A DNA stretch of 42,939 nt from an uncultured bacterium (lineage in GTDB: Bacteria; Gemmatimonadota; Gemmatimonadetes; Gemmatimonadales; Gemmatimonadaceae): contig CAXBQP010000025.1 in the NCBI GenBank assembly GCA_963978095.1, positions 1 to 42,939 on the forward strand, in the 5' to 3' direction. The position numbers and the translations under genes were made by a program. The notes under the pieces were generated by a model, which was given only the letters and a program-made list of their open reading frames with translations, ran no database searches and was not told the origin of the DNA. Shown piece after piece: positions 19,543 to 28,994 of the stretch (position 1 is the first letter of the stretch; every line of letters starts with the position of its first letter).

Positions 19543-20550
19543 ATGTTGACCGCGCTTGCGTCCGCGAGTGCGGCGCCTGCCGCCGGTGCGCAAGGGCCGC
19601 CGAGTGGGGCCGGGTACCTGGTTGTCCGCAGCGGACGGGTGTCCGTGGTCGCCGCTCCCGGGGACGAACCCTTGGCCCGGTCCCTGCTCGCCGCGGCGGT
19701 GGGGATGGACTCGTTCCCGGGGCTACCGCGCCCCCGCCAAGGGGTGGAGCTCTTCGTGGCCCCGGATACCCGGACCTTTCATCGCTGGAGTGGGGCCGGT
19801 GCCCCCGAATGGGGGGCCGCCGTGGCGTATCCGGCATTCGGACGGGTGGTGATGCAGGGGCGCTTGGCGCCGTCATCGGCCGGCGATCCCTTCCGGGTCC
19901 TGCGGCACGAGATGGCCCATCTGGCGCTGCACGAGTCGCTGGGAGACCTCCCCCCGCGCTGGTTCGACGAGGGGTATGCCACGTTCGTCGCCGGGGAGCT
20001 TCCGGGGGACGGTCTGATGACCGTCAACTTGGCGCTGGCGCTAAGAGGACTCCCCCATCTGAGCGAGTTGGACGGGTTGTTCGTAGAGGGGGAGCAGGGA
20101 GCGCAGGCCGGCTATGCGCTGTCGCTCCGGGCGGTTGAGGCCATTGCCGGAGGAGACCCCGAACGGGGGCTGTCGCTGTTTTTTCAGTATTGGAGGGAAA
20201 CCGGCTCCTTCGACCGGGGGTTGCGTCGGGCGTACGGGGAAACGTCGGAGGAGTTGGACGCGCGGTGGCGCTCCCGCGCCCGGTTGCGCTACGGGGCCTT
20301 GGCGATGCTCACCGACGCGACGTTGGGATCGTGCGTTTTGCTGGTCCTCTTGGGTCCGCTTTGGTGGCAGCGCCGAGCGCGGGATCAGAAGCGGATGGAG
20401 CGGCTGAGGATCGCGGACGCCGAGCAGGAGCGTCGGGAGCGGGAGGGCGCGTTGGCCGAGCTGCTCGGCCTCGGAGGCGAGGCCCCTCGGTCCGGTGCGG
20501 CCTCTCGGCATGGTGAGGATGGCGCCGCGGATCCGGTGGGGAAGGAATAG
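19543..20550 (+). CDS. Peptidase MA-like zinc metallopeptidase with a C-terminal TM segment
   Basis: LRHEMAH (HEXXH) plus PRWFDEGYA (third ligand Glu); hydrophobic helix near the C-terminus; start codon uncertain. Confidence 0.8.
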   Translation: MLTALASASAAPAAGAQGPPSGAGYLVVRSGRVSVVAAPGDEPLARSLLAAAVGMDSFPGLPRPRQGVELFVAPDTRTFHRWSGAGAPEWGAAVAYPAFGRVVMQGRLAPSSAGDPFRVLRHEMAHLALHESLGDLPPRWFDEGYATFVAGELPGDGLMTVNLALALRGLPHLSELDGLFVEGEQGAQAGYALSLRAVEAIAGGDPERGLSLFFQYWRETGSFDRGLRRAYGETSEELDARWRSRARLRYGALAMLTDATLGSCVLLVLLGPLWWQRRARDQKRMERLRIADAEQERREREGALAELLGLGGEAPRSGAASRHGEDGAADPVGKE

Positions 20551-20598
20551 GGCAGAATGACGAGTTCATTAATTCAGGGTCCACCTGTTAGTTTTTCC

Positions 20599-20627
20599 TT
20601 GACACTATCTATATAGGGGCGTAGACT
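20599..20627 (+). promoter_or_regulatory. Sigma70 promoter for the small ORF and tRNA-Val
   Basis: TTGACA-N17-TAGACT. Confidence 0.8.
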
Positions 20628-20636
20628 CAGCCGACT

Positions 20637-20807
20637 ATGACGGAACAGAAACAGGCGGGGGGCGGCACGTCCGCCTTGAAGTGGGGAGTTGCGGCCGTTG
20701 TGCTGGCGGCCGGCTATGCGGACCTCGCGCGGGGTGGTATGACGTTGGCCCCGATCTTGTTGGTGGTCGGGTACGCGGTGCTCGTACCGGTGGCGATTCT
20801 CTCGTAA
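20637..20807 (+). CDS. Small (56 aa) two-TM membrane protein, possibly DUF3098-like; absent from the ORF track
   Basis: MTEQKQAGGGTSALKWGVAAVVLAAGYADLARGGMTLAPILLVVGYAVLVPVAILS; TLAPILLVVGY resembles the DUF3098 C-terminal motif (from recall). Confidence 0.7.
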   Translation: MTEQKQAGGGTSALKWGVAAVVLAAGYADLARGGMTLAPILLVVGYAVLVPVAILS

Positions 20808-20813
20808 GAATTC

Positions 20814-20887
20814 GGGCGAATAGCTCAGCTGGTTAGAGCACCTGCCTTACACGCAGGGTGTCGGGGGTTCGAATCCCTCTTCGCCCA
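20814..20887 (+). tRNA. tRNA-Val(TAC)
   Basis: Acceptor GGGCGAA/TTCGCCC plus discriminator A; D arm GCTC/GAGC; anticodon stem CCTGC/GCAGG with loop CTTACAC; T loop TTCGAAT; CCA not encoded. Confidence 0.97.
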
Positions 20888-20979
20888 TCGCAGGACCTTG
20901 GCAAGACCCGGGCACTCCAGAGTGGGGTGCCGAGAATAACTCAGTAGGCTGGCGGGATCACCGTTCTGGAGGATTCACA

Positions 20980-22692
20980 GTGATGGCTCGGTATGAGGCC
21001 CGCGCGTTCGCGGCGATTGCGACGGCGCTCTTCGTTGGTATGGCATCCCCCGCTGGCGCACAGTACTCGCGCGGCGCGAATCCCAATGCGCCCCGTTTGA
21101 TGATCGGCACGCTGAAGAGCGACGACAAGAAGTTGGGGCCGGATGCCGCGGAGTCGCTCCGCGATCGGATCGCGGGTGATGTCTCGATCCGCGAGCTCTA
21201 CGTGTTTCCGAAGAACGACATCAACAACAACCTGGAGCAGTCGGGCTACTCCGTGACCGAGGCGCTCTCGCCCTCGGACGCGGTGCAGCTCGCCAAGATG
21301 CTGCGCGCCGACGAGTACATCGAGGGGTCGGTCCAGAAGACCGCCACGGGCTTCACGATCGAGGCGAGTGTGGTACTCGCCCGCGATGCGTCGCTGGTGC
21401 AGCCGCTCGGCAGCTTCTCGGGACCGAAGCTCGACAATGTTTCCGCGCAGGTGTCCAAGGCCTATCAGAAGGCACATGGCGTCTTTGACAGCGAGAAGCG
21501 CTGCCGCCTTGCGGTCCGTGAGCAGAAGTGGTCGGAAGTCGCCAAGGAAGTGGCGGAGGGGGTCAAGACCTTCCCGGGGAGCACCTGGATCCGTTTCTGC
21601 CAGATGCAGGCGTTGACCACACAGAAGAAGCCGGCCGCCGAAATCCTTCCGGTGCTTGAGGACATCCTCAAGCTCGACCCGAAGAGCCGGCCCGCGTTGG
21701 CCGAGGCCGTCAATCAGTACGAAGCGGCTGGCCAGACGGACAAAAAAATCGATGCCCTGATGAAGCTGTATCAGGCCGATCCGACCAACAGCCGCCTGCA
21801 GCTGACCGTGGTCAACGAGCTGGCCGCGGCCAAGAAGTTCGATCTCGCCAAGCCGATGATCGAGAAGTCGGTCGCCGATAACCCGGGCGACGCCGGGTTG
21901 GCCAAGCTGTACTGGCTGATCCTTGGCGCCACCGACGACCTCAAGAAGTTCGTGAAGGTCGGTGAGGAGATGGTCCAGATGGACACTTCGCTCGCCGACG
22001 CCGATTACTTTGACCGCATGATCTCGGCCTACTCGGCCGACAGCAACTCGGCGAAGGCCGCGGCGACCGCTGCGAAGGCGACCGCCAAGTTCCCGAAGCG
22101 TGATGATTTCTGGGCCAAGCGTGGCCAGTTCGAACTGAAGGGCGGGCAGACCGCCTTGGCGATCAGCTCGCTCAAGCGGGCGCTCGAGATCAATCCGAAG
22201 ACCCCGGGCGCGCGCCTCATCATTCTGAAGTCGTATCACGACGCGGGGCAGTGGGACACGCTCTACACCGCCATGCATGAGGCCATCAAGGCGGGTGAGG
22301 ATGCTGGAACCGTGGGGCAGTTCGCCGTCAGCGCGTCGAGCAAGCTCCTGTCGGCCGCGCAGAAGGCGGAGCCGAAGACCATTCCCGACTTCGAGAAGGT
22401 CCTGACCTGGGTGGCGTACGCGGATAGCACGCTCACCGACAAGGCGATGAAGAACAGCGGCAAGTTCGTCTCCGGTGTCGCGTACTTCTTCCTCGGAACG
22501 TTGCACTACGCCGACCTCACCAAGAGCAAGCAGTGCACTGATGCCAAGGCGGCTCAGGAAGCCTTCACCAACGCGCAGATCAACCTGCCGGCGGGTGGTG
22601 CGACGAACGCCGATGTCATCAAGCAGCTCCTCGGCAATCTGGCGCAGTACTCGCCGGCGGCCGACCAAGCGGTGAAGGGCCTCTGTAAGTAG
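20980..22692 (+). CDS. Secreted TPR-repeat protein with a possible CsgG/TolB_N-like N-terminal domain
   Basis: GGAGG SD; signal peptide ending ASPAGAQ; AKMLRADEYIEGSV segment; multiple TPR-like helical repeats. Confidence 0.82.
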   Translation: MMARYEARAFAAIATALFVGMASPAGAQYSRGANPNAPRLMIGTLKSDDKKLGPDAAESLRDRIAGDVSIRELYVFPKNDINNNLEQSGYSVTEALSPSDAVQLAKMLRADEYIEGSVQKTATGFTIEASVVLARDASLVQPLGSFSGPKLDNVSAQVSKAYQKAHGVFDSEKRCRLAVREQKWSEVAKEVAEGVKTFPGSTWIRFCQMQALTTQKKPAAEILPVLEDILKLDPKSRPALAEAVNQYEAAGQTDKKIDALMKLYQADPTNSRLQLTVVNELAAAKKFDLAKPMIEKSVADNPGDAGLAKLYWLILGATDDLKKFVKVGEEMVQMDTSLADADYFDRMISAYSADSNSAKAAATAAKATAKFPKRDDFWAKRGQFELKGGQTALAISSLKRALEINPKTPGARLIILKSYHDAGQWDTLYTAMHEAIKAGEDAGTVGQFAVSASSKLLSAAQKAEPKTIPDFEKVLTWVAYADSTLTDKAMKNSGKFVSGVAYFFLGTLHYADLTKSKQCTDAKAAQEAFTNAQINLPAGGATNADVIKQLLGNLAQYSPAADQAVKGLCK

Positions 22693-22714
22693 CCCTCTCG
22701 CTCCGATGCTCCTC

Positions 22715-22745
22715 GAAGCCCGCCGGTCCCTGACCGGCGGGCTTC
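22715..22745 (+). terminator. Intrinsic terminator
   Basis: Perfect 14-bp stem GAAGCCCGCCGGTC/GACCGGCGGGCTTC followed by a pyrimidine-rich tract. Confidence 0.75.
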
Positions 22746-22767
22746 TCCGTTCCGTTATCTTTCTCCT

Positions 22768-23709
22768 GTGACCGACGCCTCCCGCTTCGACTCCCCCTAC
22801 CACGCCCCCGTCATGGTGGCGGAGATCCTCGACGCCTTCCGGGGTGCGCGGCGCGCCCTGGATTGCACGCTGGGTGGGGGCGGGCACTCACTCGCCTTCC
22901 TCGAGGCGGGGATGGACGTGACTGGACTCGACCGCGACCCCGTCGCGATCGCGGAGGCGCGGGGGCGGCTCGCAGGCTTCGAGGCGGTGGGGCGGTTCCG
23001 GGCCGTACTCACCAACTACGCCGACGCCGATCACGCCCCAGCCCTCAACGGCCAGACGTTCGATGCCATCCTCCTCGACCTCGGTGTCTCCAGCCATCAG
23101 TTCGACGACGCGGGTCGCGGTTTCTCCTTTCGCGAGGGCGCGCCCTTGGACATGCGGATGGAGGGGGATGCGGGTGGGGAGAGCGCGGCTGCGTGGTTGA
23201 ATGGGGCGAGCGAGCAGGAGCTCACGCGCGCGTTCAAGGAGTTCGGGGACGAACCCAAAGGGGGACGGCTCGCGCGGGAAGTGATCCTTCGGCGTGAGAG
23301 TCGGCCGTTGGCGACCTCCGACGACCTGGTCGGGGCCATCCGTCGGGTGCTGGGGCCCCGGTCGGGCGCCCCCGAGTTCGCGCGGCTCTTCCAAGCGGTT
23401 CGGATCGCCGTCAACGACGAGCTCGACGGCCTGGCCCGCGCCCTCCCCGCGCTCCGTGACAGACTGACCCCTGGAGGCGTCCTTGCAGTGATCGCCTATC
23501 ACTCGGGGGAGGACCGGCTGGCCAAGCACGCCTTCCGCGAGTGGAGCTTGTCGTGCATCTGTCCCCCCAAGCAGCTCCAGTGCACCTGTCGCGGACGTCC
23601 ACTCGGCTTGCCGCTCACCAAGAAGGCTCTCTCCGCCACCTCCGAGGAGACGGCCCGGAACACGCGCGCCCGCAGCGCGCATCTGCGCTGTTGGCGACGG
23701 GCCGAGTAG
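22768..23709 (+). CDS. rsmH: 16S rRNA m4C1402 methyltransferase
   Basis: YHAPVM, DCTLGGGGHS, DLGVSSHQ, PLDMRM, FQAVRIAVN, YHSGEDR, RARSA. Confidence 0.96.
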   Translation: MTDASRFDSPYHAPVMVAEILDAFRGARRALDCTLGGGGHSLAFLEAGMDVTGLDRDPVAIAEARGRLAGFEAVGRFRAVLTNYADADHAPALNGQTFDAILLDLGVSSHQFDDAGRGFSFREGAPLDMRMEGDAGGESAAAWLNGASEQELTRAFKEFGDEPKGGRLAREVILRRESRPLATSDDLVGAIRRVLGPRSGAPEFARLFQAVRIAVNDELDGLARALPALRDRLTPGGVLAVIAYHSGEDRLAKHAFREWSLSCICPPKQLQCTCRGRPLGLPLTKKALSATSEETARNTRARSAHLRCWRRAE

Positions 23710-23719
23710 GGGGGCGGCG

Positions 23720-24013
23720 GTGAGAGGACGCTCCGTCTTGGCGCTCCTGCTCGTCGGATTCGTGCTCGTGGCTGCCGGGGTGATTTGGCGTCGGAGCTAC
23801 GGCTCGATCCTCGCGCGCGAACAGCACAAGCTGGAAGACCAACGTGCCGCGCTCGAGGCCGAGCGTGCGAAGCTCAAAGGGGATATTCGCGATGCGTCGA
23901 GCCGTTCACGGCTCGCGGGCGTCGTCAGCCAGCGGCTCGACATGCGTGATCCGAGCGACAGCATGGTGCGGTACGTGGAGCGCGCCGTGGTGACCGGTCG
24001 AGGCAAGCGCTGA
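23720..24013 (+). CDS. ftsL: Cell division protein FtsL
   Basis: Single TM plus coiled coil, located between rsmH and ftsI. Confidence 0.8.
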   Translation: MRGRSVLALLLVGFVLVAAGVIWRRSYGSILAREQHKLEDQRAALEAERAKLKGDIRDASSRSRLAGVVSQRLDMRDPSDSMVRYVERAVVTGRGKR

Positions 24014-26094
24014 TGGCGATCAACCGGACGCGGGTGATTCACGGGTGCTTCGCGCTCTTTGCCGCGGCGCTGGTGGGACGTGCGGGCTACGTGCAGCTGC
24101 TGCACGGGGCCGAGTGGCGCGCCAAGGCACGACGATTGCATGAGGCCGGGGCCCCCGTTCAGGCGCCGCGCGGGATGATTCTTGATGCGACGGGCGCCCT
24201 GTTGGTGGAGAGCCGTGAACAGGTGCGGCTGGAGGTCGCACCGCGCGAGGTCGCCGGGCTGCCCAAGCTGGGGGCCGTATCGGATACCGTCAAGAAGGGG
24301 AAGAAGAAGGAAAGTCTGTCCGACAAGGTGAAGTCCGTGGCCAGGAAGCGCGGTCTCACGGGGCTGGAACGGCTCGACAGCGTGCGCCGCGTGCTCGCAC
24401 GTGCCGGCGTGAGTCCCGAGTGGGTCGCGAAGGCGACCGACACCAGTCGTGCGTATGCCGTGATCCCCGGTCGGTTCCTCGCGAGTGACGTGCAGAGCAT
24501 CCGGACGATTCGCGGGGTGCATTCGACGACGGTGCTGGAGCGCGTGCCGGCGGGGACCGACGGGCTCCGACGCTTGCTCGGTCACGCGGACGAGAGCGGG
24601 AACGCGATCGACGGGGTGGAGAAGGGGCTCGACGCCCAGTTGCGTGGAACGCCTGGACGCGCGGCGCTGCTCCGCGACGGGAGTGGCGCGAGCTTCGATT
24701 CACCACTGGTCAGCGGTACCGCGCCCACGCCGGGCAACACCGTGACCCTGACGATCAACCAAGCGCTGCAGGACATCACCGAGCGGGCGCTCGCCGATGC
24801 GGTCAAGCAATACGGTGCCGACGGCGGAGATATCGTGGTGCTCGACCCCCGGAGCGGTGAGGTCCGCGCGATGGCGAGCCGACGCACGGACGTCCTGTCC
24901 TCGGGTGCCACGGCGCTGATCGAGCCGTACGAGCCGGGGTCAACGCTCAAGCCCTTCGTCGCGGCCCGACTGCTCGACCTGAAGCGCGCCCAGGTGGATG
25001 AAGTGATGAACGTCCATGGCGGCAAGTGGGAACTGAACGGACGCAAGATCGAGGACGACCATCCCGGGACGGCTTTCACGCTCGCGCAGGTCATCCAGTA
25101 TTCCAGCAACATCGGGATCGTGCAGTTCGCGCAGCGCCTGAATCCCGGTGAACAGTTCGAGCTGTTGCGGGACCTCGGCTTCGGGGCGCAGACGGGTTTG
25201 CCCTACCCCGGGGAGCAGGCCGGGACGCTGCGCGCCCCCCGCAACTGGGACAAGCAGACGCCCGCGTCGCTCGCGATGGGCTACGCGCTGACGGTCACGC
25301 CGATGCAGTTGGCGACCGCGTATGCGGCGATCGCGAATGGCGGCGAGCTGTTGGAGCCCGCGCTGGTGAAGGAAATCCGCGCGACGGACGGCACCGTGCG
25401 CTACACCCACCAGCGCACGGTCGTGCGTCGGGTCATGAGTCCGGCGACGTCCGAGGCCGCGTTGGCCATGTTGCGCAGCGTGGTCACCGGCGGCACCGGT
25501 GACCAAGCCAACCTCGCGACGTTCGATGTCGCCGGCAAGACCGGAACGGCCAAGCGCACCGAACACGGACGGTATGTGAAGGGGAAGTACACGGCGAGTT
25601 TCGTCGGAATTTTTCCTGCGGACAAGCCGCAGGTGGTGATTCTCGTCAAACTGGACAATCCGTCGAAGACGATCTACGGTGGCAAAGCGGCGGCGCCCGT
25701 ATCGAAGGCCGTGCTCCAAGCCGCGATTGCGGCGCGTGATGTGTCGCTGGATCGCGCCTCGCTGGCTGCCGCACCGACGCGCACCGGCGGGAAGCCGGTG
25801 AATACCGACAGTGTCCAGCGCGTGGACTCGGTGGTACGGGCTTCGGCCTCGGGCAGCGTGCCGATCGTGTTCGACGTGGGACACAAGCGGTCCGACGAGG
25901 TGCGCGTCGTGGCCGAACGTGGTGTGCCGGACGTGGCCGGGACGAGCATCCGGGATGCGGTGCATACGTTGCATCGCGCGGGATTCCGGGTCGCGCTCGG
26001 AAACGATGCGCCGGGGCCGGTGCGCGGAACCGTGCCGGTCGCCGGCGCGATGCTCCCCGCCGGCACGGTCGTACGGATCGAGCGCGCGCCGTGA
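24013..26094 (+). CDS. ftsI: Septal transpeptidase PBP3 with a C-terminal PASTA domain
   Basis: RGMILD, EPGSTLK (SxxK), SSN (SxN), KTGTA; C-terminal VPDVAG PASTA. Confidence 0.93.
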   Translation: MAINRTRVIHGCFALFAAALVGRAGYVQLLHGAEWRAKARRLHEAGAPVQAPRGMILDATGALLVESREQVRLEVAPREVAGLPKLGAVSDTVKKGKKKESLSDKVKSVARKRGLTGLERLDSVRRVLARAGVSPEWVAKATDTSRAYAVIPGRFLASDVQSIRTIRGVHSTTVLERVPAGTDGLRRLLGHADESGNAIDGVEKGLDAQLRGTPGRAALLRDGSGASFDSPLVSGTAPTPGNTVTLTINQALQDITERALADAVKQYGADGGDIVVLDPRSGEVRAMASRRTDVLSSGATALIEPYEPGSTLKPFVAARLLDLKRAQVDEVMNVHGGKWELNGRKIEDDHPGTAFTLAQVIQYSSNIGIVQFAQRLNPGEQFELLRDLGFGAQTGLPYPGEQAGTLRAPRNWDKQTPASLAMGYALTVTPMQLATAYAAIANGGELLEPALVKEIRATDGTVRYTHQRTVVRRVMSPATSEAALAMLRSVVTGGTGDQANLATFDVAGKTGTAKRTEHGRYVKGKYTASFVGIFPADKPQVVILVKLDNPSKTIYGGKAAAPVSKAVLQAAIAARDVSLDRASLAAAPTRTGGKPVNTDSVQRVDSVVRASASGSVPIVFDVGHKRSDEVRVVAERGVPDVAGTSIRDAVHTLHRAGFRVALGNDAPGPVRGTVPVAGAMLPAGTVVRIERAP

Positions 26095-27608
26095 GCACGA
26101 CCCCCGCGCCCCATGAGAACTCAACCGCTGCGGTCAGCACGGAGCACGTGCTCCGCGCGCTCGAGCAAGCGGCGCTCGTTCGCTCGGTGCGAGGAGAGTT
26201 GCCGCTCACGATCTCCGGCATCACGGACGATAGTCGCGCCGTGGTTACCGGCGGATTGTTCGTGGCCGTCCGCGGATACGCGCGGGACGGGCACGATTTC
26301 CTGCCGACGGTCGAACAGGCCGGTGCCGGCATGGCGATAGTCGAGGACGCAGCCGCGACGCAACTGCCCGCGATCGTTGTGCACGATGCACGACGGGCGG
26401 CGGCGGTGGCGGCGGGCGCATTCTACGGAGATCCGGCTCGGGCGCTGGTCCTGGTGGCGGTGACCGGGACGAATGGCAAGACCACGACCGTCGGCATGAT
26501 TCGCCACGTGCTCGACGCGCCCGAGACGCGCGCCGCATCCATCGGCACGCTTGGCGTGCTGGTGGGAAGCGCCGGTGAGGAACTGCGCGGCGGCAGTGGC
26601 CTGACCACGCCCGGACCGATCGAACTGCAGCGTGTGTTGCGCGCCCTCGTGGACGTTGGTGTCACGCGCGTGGCAATGGAAGTGTCGTCGCACTCGCTGC
26701 ATCAACATCGGGTGGAAGGGATCGAGTTCGCGGCGGGGGTCTTCACGAATCTGACGCGCGACCATCTCGACTATCATGGGACGATGGACGCGTACTTCGC
26801 GGCGAAGGCGCTCTTGTTGCAGCACGTCGCCGCCGACGGCTGCGCGGTGCTCAACGCCGACGATGCCGCGTGGCACGCCCTGCGCCCCTCGGGACGCGTC
26901 CTGCGGTTCGGATGCACGAGCGCACCAGCGGACGTGCGGGCGGAGGACGTGCGATTCGAGCCCCGAGGCAGTCGCTGGCGATTGGTCACCCCTGCCGGTG
27001 CCATCCCGGTCCGTCTCCCGCTGATCGGGGACTTCAACATCGCCAACGCCCTCGCGGCGACGGCGGCGGCGATGGCGGTCGGCATGTCGCCGGAACGCAT
27101 TGCCGAGCGACTGGCAACGTTGCCGCAAGTGCCCGGGCGGCTCGAGATCTTGAGCGAGCATCCGACCGTACTGCGCGACTACGCCCACACCCCCGATGCA
27201 CTGGCGCGCGCGCTCGATGCGCTCCGTCCCTTCACCCCGGGACGACTGATCGTGGTGTTCGGTGCCGGGGGCGATCGTGACCGCGGGAAGCGCCCCGAGA
27301 TGGGGGCGATTGCCGTGCAACGCGGCGACCTGGCCATCGTCACCAGTGACAATCCGCGGACGGAGGATCCGGACCGCATCCTCGACGACATCGCGGCCGG
27401 CATGGTCGGTGGCCGCTACGAGCGGATCGTCGATCGACGTGAAGCCATCGCACGCGCGATCGCCGTCGCGGATCCCTCGTCGGACGTCGTCTTGCTCGCA
27501 GGCAAGGGCCACGAGACGTATCAGATCCGCGGAACCACCAGATTCCCGTTCGACGAGCGCGAGATTGTGCGGAACATCCTAGCCAACCCTCCCGGAGGCG
27601 CCTCGTGA
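26091..27608 (+). CDS. murE: UDP-MurNAc-tripeptide synthetase (meso-DAP type)
   Basis: GTNGKTT, MEVSSH, TNLTRDHLDYH, DYAHTPD, DNPR, AGKGHE. Confidence 0.96.
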   Translation: MSTTPAPHENSTAAVSTEHVLRALEQAALVRSVRGELPLTISGITDDSRAVVTGGLFVAVRGYARDGHDFLPTVEQAGAGMAIVEDAAATQLPAIVVHDARRAAAVAAGAFYGDPARALVLVAVTGTNGKTTTVGMIRHVLDAPETRAASIGTLGVLVGSAGEELRGGSGLTTPGPIELQRVLRALVDVGVTRVAMEVSSHSLHQHRVEGIEFAAGVFTNLTRDHLDYHGTMDAYFAAKALLLQHVAADGCAVLNADDAAWHALRPSGRVLRFGCTSAPADVRAEDVRFEPRGSRWRLVTPAGAIPVRLPLIGDFNIANALAATAAAMAVGMSPERIAERLATLPQVPGRLEILSEHPTVLRDYAHTPDALARALDALRPFTPGRLIVVFGAGGDRDRGKRPEMGAIAVQRGDLAIVTSDNPRTEDPDRILDDIAAGMVGGRYERIVDRREAIARAIAVADPSSDVVLLAGKGHETYQIRGTTRFPFDEREIVRNILANPPGGAS

Positions 27609-28987
27609 GTGCGGCCCCGTTCTGGACCCTCCGCCGCCTGCATGCGGCGCTCGAACTCGGCGTCGCCGACGACCGCCCCATTCGTGCCATCTGCACGGAT
27701 ACCCGCGCGGTGCAGCCAGGCGATTGTTTCCTGGCGCTCGTCGGCGCAACCTTCGACGCGCACGATTTCCTCGCCGAGGCCGTCGCGAAAGGGGCGGCGG
27801 TCGTCATCGTGAATGACGGGCAGCGGGCCAGCGGGCTTGGCGTGCCGGCGCTCGTCGTGGACAACACGCTGCACGCCCTCGGTGCGCTGGCACGCTACAA
27901 GCGCCGCGCATGGGGCGGACCGGTCGTGGCCGTGGGAGGATCCAACGGCAAGACCAGCACCAAAGAGTTGATTCGCGGTGCGCTCAGCGCGCGCCTCTCC
28001 GTGCACGGCACGGCGGGCAATCTCAACAACCAAATCGGCGTGCCGCTGACGTTGCTGGCCATTCCTGACGGCACGGATGTCGCCGTCATCGAGGTTGGAA
28101 CAAATGAACCGGGCGAGATTGCGCTGCTGCGAGCCATCGCCGAGCCGAACATCGTCGTCGTGACGGCGATCCAGGAAGAGCATCTTGAGGGGTTTGGCGA
28201 TCTTGCCGGCGTGCTCGACGAAGAGGCTTCGCTGTGTGATGGCGCCGCGACGGCGATCGTGCCGGCCGCCGAGACGGACCTGTTGCGCGAGGCCCGCGCA
28301 CGTGTGATCCCCACCGGCCGCGTCATCACGGTCGGGATCGGCGAGGGTGATCTCGCGGCGGGCGCGCATGGGCTCCACGCCGACGGACGCGGGTGGATGG
28401 AGGTTCACGGCACGCGGGTCGAGGTGCCGCTCCGCGGTGCGCACAACATGCGCAACGCCCTGCTGGCGGTAGCGGTGGCTGCCGAGTGCGGGCTTTCGCC
28501 GGACGATGCTGCAGGGGGCATCGCGGGGATCGATGTGGATCGCGTGCCGTCCATGCGGTCGTCGGTCGTTCCGCTCGGTGCGGCGCTGCTCGTCAACGAC
28601 GCCTATAACGCGAACCCCGGATCAGCGCGTGCCGCCATCGCCTTGCTCGGGGACGTGGCGGGTGGGCGACCGCGCGTGATCGTCTTGGGAACGATGCGCG
28701 AACTCGGGGCAGCCGCCGAGCGGTCGCATCGCGAGATTGCGGAGGCGGCGATCGCCAGCGGTGCCGCGGTCGTGGCGGGAATCGGGGACTTCGCGCGCGC
28801 ACTCGACGGGGGCGGGGCGCGCTCGACGGTGACCGTGACGGCCCCGGACGTCGATGAGCTCTGGCCCCTGTTGCAGCCGGTGCTGCCGCAGAACGCCGCC
28901 ATTCTGCTGAAGGCCTCGCGAGGGGTACGCCTCGAGCGGCTGGTGCCGTACCTTACGGACTGGTCCGCTTCCCCCGGAAATCGGTAA
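27605..28987 (+). CDS. murF: UDP-MurNAc-pentapeptide synthetase
   Basis: GSNGKTSTK, NLNNQIGVP, NDAYNANP, LKASRG. Confidence 0.95.
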   Translation: MSAAPFWTLRRLHAALELGVADDRPIRAICTDTRAVQPGDCFLALVGATFDAHDFLAEAVAKGAAVVIVNDGQRASGLGVPALVVDNTLHALGALARYKRRAWGGPVVAVGGSNGKTSTKELIRGALSARLSVHGTAGNLNNQIGVPLTLLAIPDGTDVAVIEVGTNEPGEIALLRAIAEPNIVVVTAIQEEHLEGFGDLAGVLDEEASLCDGAATAIVPAAETDLLREARARVIPTGRVITVGIGEGDLAAGAHGLHADGRGWMEVHGTRVEVPLRGAHNMRNALLAVAVAAECGLSPDDAAGGIAGIDVDRVPSMRSSVVPLGAALLVNDAYNANPGSARAAIALLGDVAGGRPRVIVLGTMRELGAAAERSHREIAEAAIASGAAVVAGIGDFARALDGGGARSTVTVTAPDVDELWPLLQPVLPQNAAILLKASRGVRLERLVPYLTDWSASPGNR

Positions 28988-28994
28988 CCGCGCG

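Noticed and set aside
20814..20980. Integrative element at tRNA-Val
   Set aside because: No integrase, no duplicated tRNA 3' end seen, and housekeeping-like genes follow.
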